Shown in pieces: positions 59,472-64,000 of a DNA stretch of 64,000 nucleotides (positions within the stretch are counted from its first letter, which is position 1; every line of letters starts with the position of its first letter). Made by a program: the position numbers and the translations under genes. This DNA comes from Paraspadella gotoi (Eukaryota > Animalia > Chaetognatha), in contig CM119270.1 of the NCBI GenBank assembly GCA_051294375.1, forward strand, positions 8,295,213-8,359,212. Reading direction: 5' to 3'. The notes beneath the pieces were generated by a model, which worked only from the letters and a program-made list of their open reading frames with translations, was not told where the DNA came from and made no database searches.

Positions 59472-61085
59472 TTTCGTATTTGTTTTGTTATCTTCGAAGT
59501 TTTGAGTTTTCTTTTTGTTTCGGTTGCGCCGATTTTTTTTTTTCTTATTGTTTTTTATATTCCCTTCTCCTTCTTTCCTCTTTTCCATTTCCCATCTGCA
59601 TAATATAATTAATATTCCTCCGTCATAATTCCTCCTTTCTCTCAGACGGAGAAAGTGTGCTTCGACGCGCTGGGCATCCCGTGCGACCAGTTCTACGGGT
59701 GGCTCGACCGCGGACCGAAGTCCTTTCCTCACGCTTGGGTGCGTCTGGGGAAAGAGAAGCAGCTGATCGACATCACTTTCTACGCGGGTGAGGGACGTTG
59801 ATTGTCGAGGTGGGATGGGGTGGTGTGGGAGAACAACTTTATTTTTCACTCTTTTCGAATTAAATAAAACAATTATTTGCTAATTTATAATCACTAATTT
59901 ATATTCCGCCCAGCCGCGGTGGTTCGGTCGGCCTGTCTCACTCGACGGCAAATTTGCTCGTCCCTGGGATGTTGAGGGATGCGAAATTGAACTCCAGATC
60001 ATGCGTTTCACAAGCGCATGACTTGCCCTCGTTTGCAACCTCCGCAGGATTTGTGTACTTTAAGGCACTTAGCTTTGGATTTAAAGGAAAACCACGCCAC
60101 AATAGAATCAAAGTCCCACCTTCTAACGTCGAAAACTAATTAAAATTGAACTGAATTAATATAAATCAAATATTTTCCCGCTTCCTCCATTTACATCCGC
60201 GCAAAAAAGAGAAAGCGCCGTCATTTCCCGGCGGATATTGGGTTCGCATCGGGGAATACCAGACGGGCGAAAGGCCAAAGACGATGGTGGAGGAAAACGA
60301 TTTCAAGAAAAGTCACCATTGGCGATACATGACCCTCTGCTCATTGATAGAAGATCGAAGGTCGCCTGTTTGTGGATGTTTTTTCTTATTGCTTCTAAAC
60401 ACTAGGAATGTGTAGATTTTTAAAGGCCTTGGCAAATAGTACTAGTCCCAAAGCTTTTATATACCTAATTTCCTATGAATTTTTATATCCCTCTGTAAGT
60501 CTTGAGTGTTTATTGACGGTTTTCTTGTGAAATCCCTGTAATGTTATATTGGTACCAATAAAGTCATAAAAAAAATTAAACATTCCAAATATTTGAAGAT
60601 TTACCTTTTCTCGTCAGATGCTTCCTACAGTGCATGTTCTCTTACATGATCGACACCGTGGGCGTGGAAATCCCCGACATCTTCAAGTGGGCGTCGAGTT
60701 CTTGTTGGAACTGCGACAAATCCTTGGGTGCGAATTGATAAAAACGAACAATCGGCGGGTGGTCGCTTTGTCGCTGAATGTAAAACTAGTTTTAACAAAG
60801 ATAATGACGAAGACGACGACCCTTTTCCTCCGACCCCCCTCCCCTCGCCACCACCCCGGCTTCCCCGCAGAGGGCGACTCCGTCCGGTGCTCTCGATGCG
60901 ACACAGCGGTCTTTTGCAACGAAAAGTGTCGCGCGGAAGAGAGAAGTCCGCGGACGAGCCACTTGGAAGTTTGCGAGGACTACTACAAACGAGGCATCAA
61001 GATCATGACCCCCGGCGTGGGGTCTCTGCAGGAATTGTTGGACTTCAAGCAGGCGGCGTCCGTCTCGACGAAGAAGAAAAATTAA
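58742..61085 (+). CDS. Transglutaminase-like (Cys-His-Asp) domain plus C-terminal MYND zinc finger protein; 5' end unresolved
   Basis: Phase-consistent exons: (gap)58742-58833, 59314-59389, 59646-59787, 60210-60360, 60618-60727, 60871-61085. TG-like core: GLTNLCYFISETEKVCFDALGIPCDQFYGWLDRGPKSFPHAWVRLGKEKQLIDITF. MYND: CWNC-x10-CSRC-x5-CNEKC-x10-HLEVC. Likely upstream exons near 57007-57274, 58285-58401 and 58679-58723 are indel-noisy. Confidence 0.78.
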
Positions 61086-61482
61086 AGAATAGAAATAGAA
61101 TCAAAATAGAAATTGGCTAAATAGCTAGAATAGCTATCACACTTCATAAAATTCTTTTCTGGCTAAATCTTTTTTTTTAATTGGAAGGGGATTAGATTTA
61201 AAAGAGTGAGGTACTAGTTTCTCAGTTAAAATTCTGTGATATTCATACTTCTCTATTTTTTTACCATAAGTTTTTATCAATTGTTATGTTAAACTGGAGA
61301 GAAAAGTTAAGTAATTGAAACCTTTGGAAAATATGGACGGCGCCAACCCTCAACGATAGCTGGAACGACTGACCGATGGCTTCATTTCTTTATTTATTAG
61401 TTCATAAATCATTAATCATTAAATGTTTTTTTTCTTTTCTATACCTAAACTCCTTTCCCTTTTCTACCGAGGACATTCCAAG

Positions 61483-61596
<114 letters not shown>

Positions 61597-62084
61597 CGCC
61601 GCGGGAGACCAAAGATCTTCGCCAATTATCGGCTCCTTCAGCATCAAGAGAGAAAAAAAAGGACAGGGTTTCGACCCAGATTTTGGCCGCGACCCAAAAT
61701 CTTTTTCTTTTTGTTTATTCAATATTTTTTTTTCTTTTTCGCTTTCTATCGTGTTCATAAACACGAAGCAGAAAAATATAAAGAGAGAGAGGTTTTGAGG
61801 TCTGGGACTTGGTTCATTTCTGAAATCGAAGAAAATTCGCTAGGATATGACAACAAAATAATTTTATACTACTTATACTGGTATATTATACAATCCATCT
61901 ACTGGTCCATTTCCTGCGATGATTTTACGTAATAAAGAAAACTAAATTGTTTTCTGAAAAAGTTAAATGATTTTTAAACCGCACACAGCTGTTTATAATA
62001 CTGAAGAGACAGTAATTATTGATAAGTGTTAATGACAGAACCATTCATTGTAAGCAGTCCCTGAGCTTCGGATCAGGATGTAAC

Positions 62085-62190
62085 ACCATGTTACAGGCGG
62101 GTTAAGCGCCCCGTCCCTCTTAACTGCTAGGCGACCACCGGACTAGAACCCCGGACCTTTGGGTTGGGAGGGGAATGACTTGCCTCCGGC
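62085..62190 (-). mobile_element. tRNA-derived SINE-like fragment
   Basis: The minus strand reads ..CCAACCCAAAGGTCCGGGGTTCTAGTCC.., a tRNA-like variable/T-arm with a B-box. A second copy lies at ~40995. Confidence 0.45.
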
Positions 62191-62481
62191 AGCAATGGTC
62201 ACTGATGAACGGTTGGTGGATTTCAGTCCACCATAATACGTTGTAGAAGACGAAAATATTTGTTTTACAATAAATCGGTCAATGAGATTATGCCAAATTC
62301 AATCAGTGGCAATTCAGTTGGTGACATTGCTTGGTTTAAATATTACCAGAAAAAATGCAGAGATAAATAAAGTGATACTTTTAATCATCTTACCTGCTCA
62401 TTAAAAATTTGATTTTATCCAACCATTTTATGATTTTATCCACTTGGATTTTATTTTAATTTTAAATGTTTCTACAGTATG

Positions 62482-62627
62482 TATGAAATTGGTACAACCA
62501 ATATAAAAAGTGTCCATTCATTTAATAAATAAGCTATCTTGCCCTTGACTTTGGACAGGCTTTGGTGGTTTAAGGCCCCTATCATTCTTCCAAGATAATG
62601 ACTTAGAAGGTCCCTGCAAGCTTTCAA
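62482..62627. mobile_element. SINE-like repeat copy 5
   Basis: Matches 13365-13510. Confidence 0.75.
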
Positions 62628-63594
62628 AGTGTGTCAGTTTAAAAGTTAGGTTCCAAAATAGGTTACCATCCCCGTTGAAAAAAGATAAGAAGTTTAACTT
62701 CCTCAATTTACTCTCTAGTTTCTATTCTTATCAACAAAGGGAACTTGGTTATTCGCAAGAGGCGCACAGGCACAACCTTTTTTTTTTTTTTTGAAAACCT
62801 CAAGATTTTTACTGAGATTTTGGTCGAACCGGGATGTTTACTTTGAATTAGGAAATATAAGGCAAAAAGATTGATCTCAATTCGAATCGTCACGCGCGAA
62901 CATTTTGTCCTACTTTGCACTTTAAACGCGGAAATTCTTGTCCCAAAAAAAAAAAAAACTATTTACAGGCGAAAAATTTTCGCGATGCGATCAGAGTTTT
63001 GTGTCTTTGTTATCGTCGTCGTCGTTTTCGCTCTCACTGCTGTTGTTGTTTTCTCTGGAACAAAAGAACTAAGAAAATTGATGAAAAACAGAGATATGAA
63101 AGAAAGAGAGAGAGAGTGAGAGAGAGAGAGTGAGACAGAGAGAGAGAAAACAGGAGCTGCGACCCTTAATTGAATTCACGTATCTCGAATCTCAATTAAT
63201 TTTCCTTTTCAGCAATGTGCTCATTTTTGAGGTTACTCGTTTTTCAAATCTAGAGTTAATTTTTTTTTTTTTTTCGAATTTAAAAAAAACTAAAATTAAC
63301 TGTAAAGAGAGTGGCAATATTTTTTACTTTCGTCCCTCGATTTTCTTGCGTTTCCCTTTTTTTCTTTCTTTTTTTTTCATCCCTTTTCTTCCGAAGTTTG
63401 TTTATTTTGCTTGAGATTGTCCTCTCGACTTAACCTTTTCCCGGTGACATTTTCACGACGCCGAAGAATAGTCGTCGTCGTCGTTGTCGTCGTCGTCGTC
63501 GTCGTTGGTGGCGACGACGATAAAATGATTTACAATTACATTTTCATTTTATACATGTACATTAGAGTGGAGCACTCAAGAACAAAAAAATTAT

Positions 63595-63837
63595 NNNNNN
63601 NNNNNNNNNNNNNNNNNNNNNNNNNNNNNNNNNNNNNNNNNNNNNNNNNNNNNNNNNNNNNNNNNNNNNNNNNNNNNNNNNNNNNNNNNNNNNNNNNNNN
63701 NNNNNNNNNNNNNNNNNNNNNNNNNNNNNNNNNNNNNNNNNNNNNNNNNNNNNNNNNNNNNNNNNNNNNNNNNNNNNNNNNNNNNNNNNNNNNNNNNNNN
63801 NNNNNNNNNNNNNNNNNNNNNNNNNNNNNNNNNNNNN
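63595..63837. other. Assembly gap (others at 45570-45594, 51112-51136, 58732-58741)
   Basis: N runs. Confidence 1.
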
Positions 63838-64000
63838 CTCAATCTTTTCATCACTCCACCCTAATGTACATTGTACAAATATAGAACAGCAGTAACACAT
63901 GTCTCATGCATTTGAAAAAAGTTCATGCCAAGCGGACAAGTCGAGACGCGCTCTTCTGTCCTCCCTCGGCTCGAAAGAAAGATAACATTGAAAAATAAAG

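Overview
AT-rich, microsatellite-dense invertebrate animal genomic DNA with spliceosomal introns; it is a draft assembly with 4 N-gaps and indel-noisy stretches. Four spliced genes can be built by hand: (1) a two-dsRBD protein gene (+, 3710-8153), (2) SoxC (+, 15589-18417), (3) an NR1H (EcR/LXR/FXR-like) nuclear receptor (-, ~34508-28944), and (4) a gene fusing a transglutaminase-like Cys-His-Asp core to a C-terminal MYND finger (+, ~58742-61085, 5' end unresolved). The most notable structure is in intron 3 of the dsRBD gene: a truncated Penelope-like retroelement with a GIY-YIG remnant, ~550-bp inverted arms and an intact minimal type-I hammerhead ribozyme motif on the host sense strand, just upstream of the 3' splice site. 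The window also holds a Helentron-associated (DINE-1/HINE-like) family with co-varying terminal repeats, a 5-copy SINE-like repeat, a foldback element, palindromes and an unidentified intronless pseudogene-like island. Most ORFs in the supplied track are microsatellite artefacts. All calls come from reading the sequence; no searches were run.
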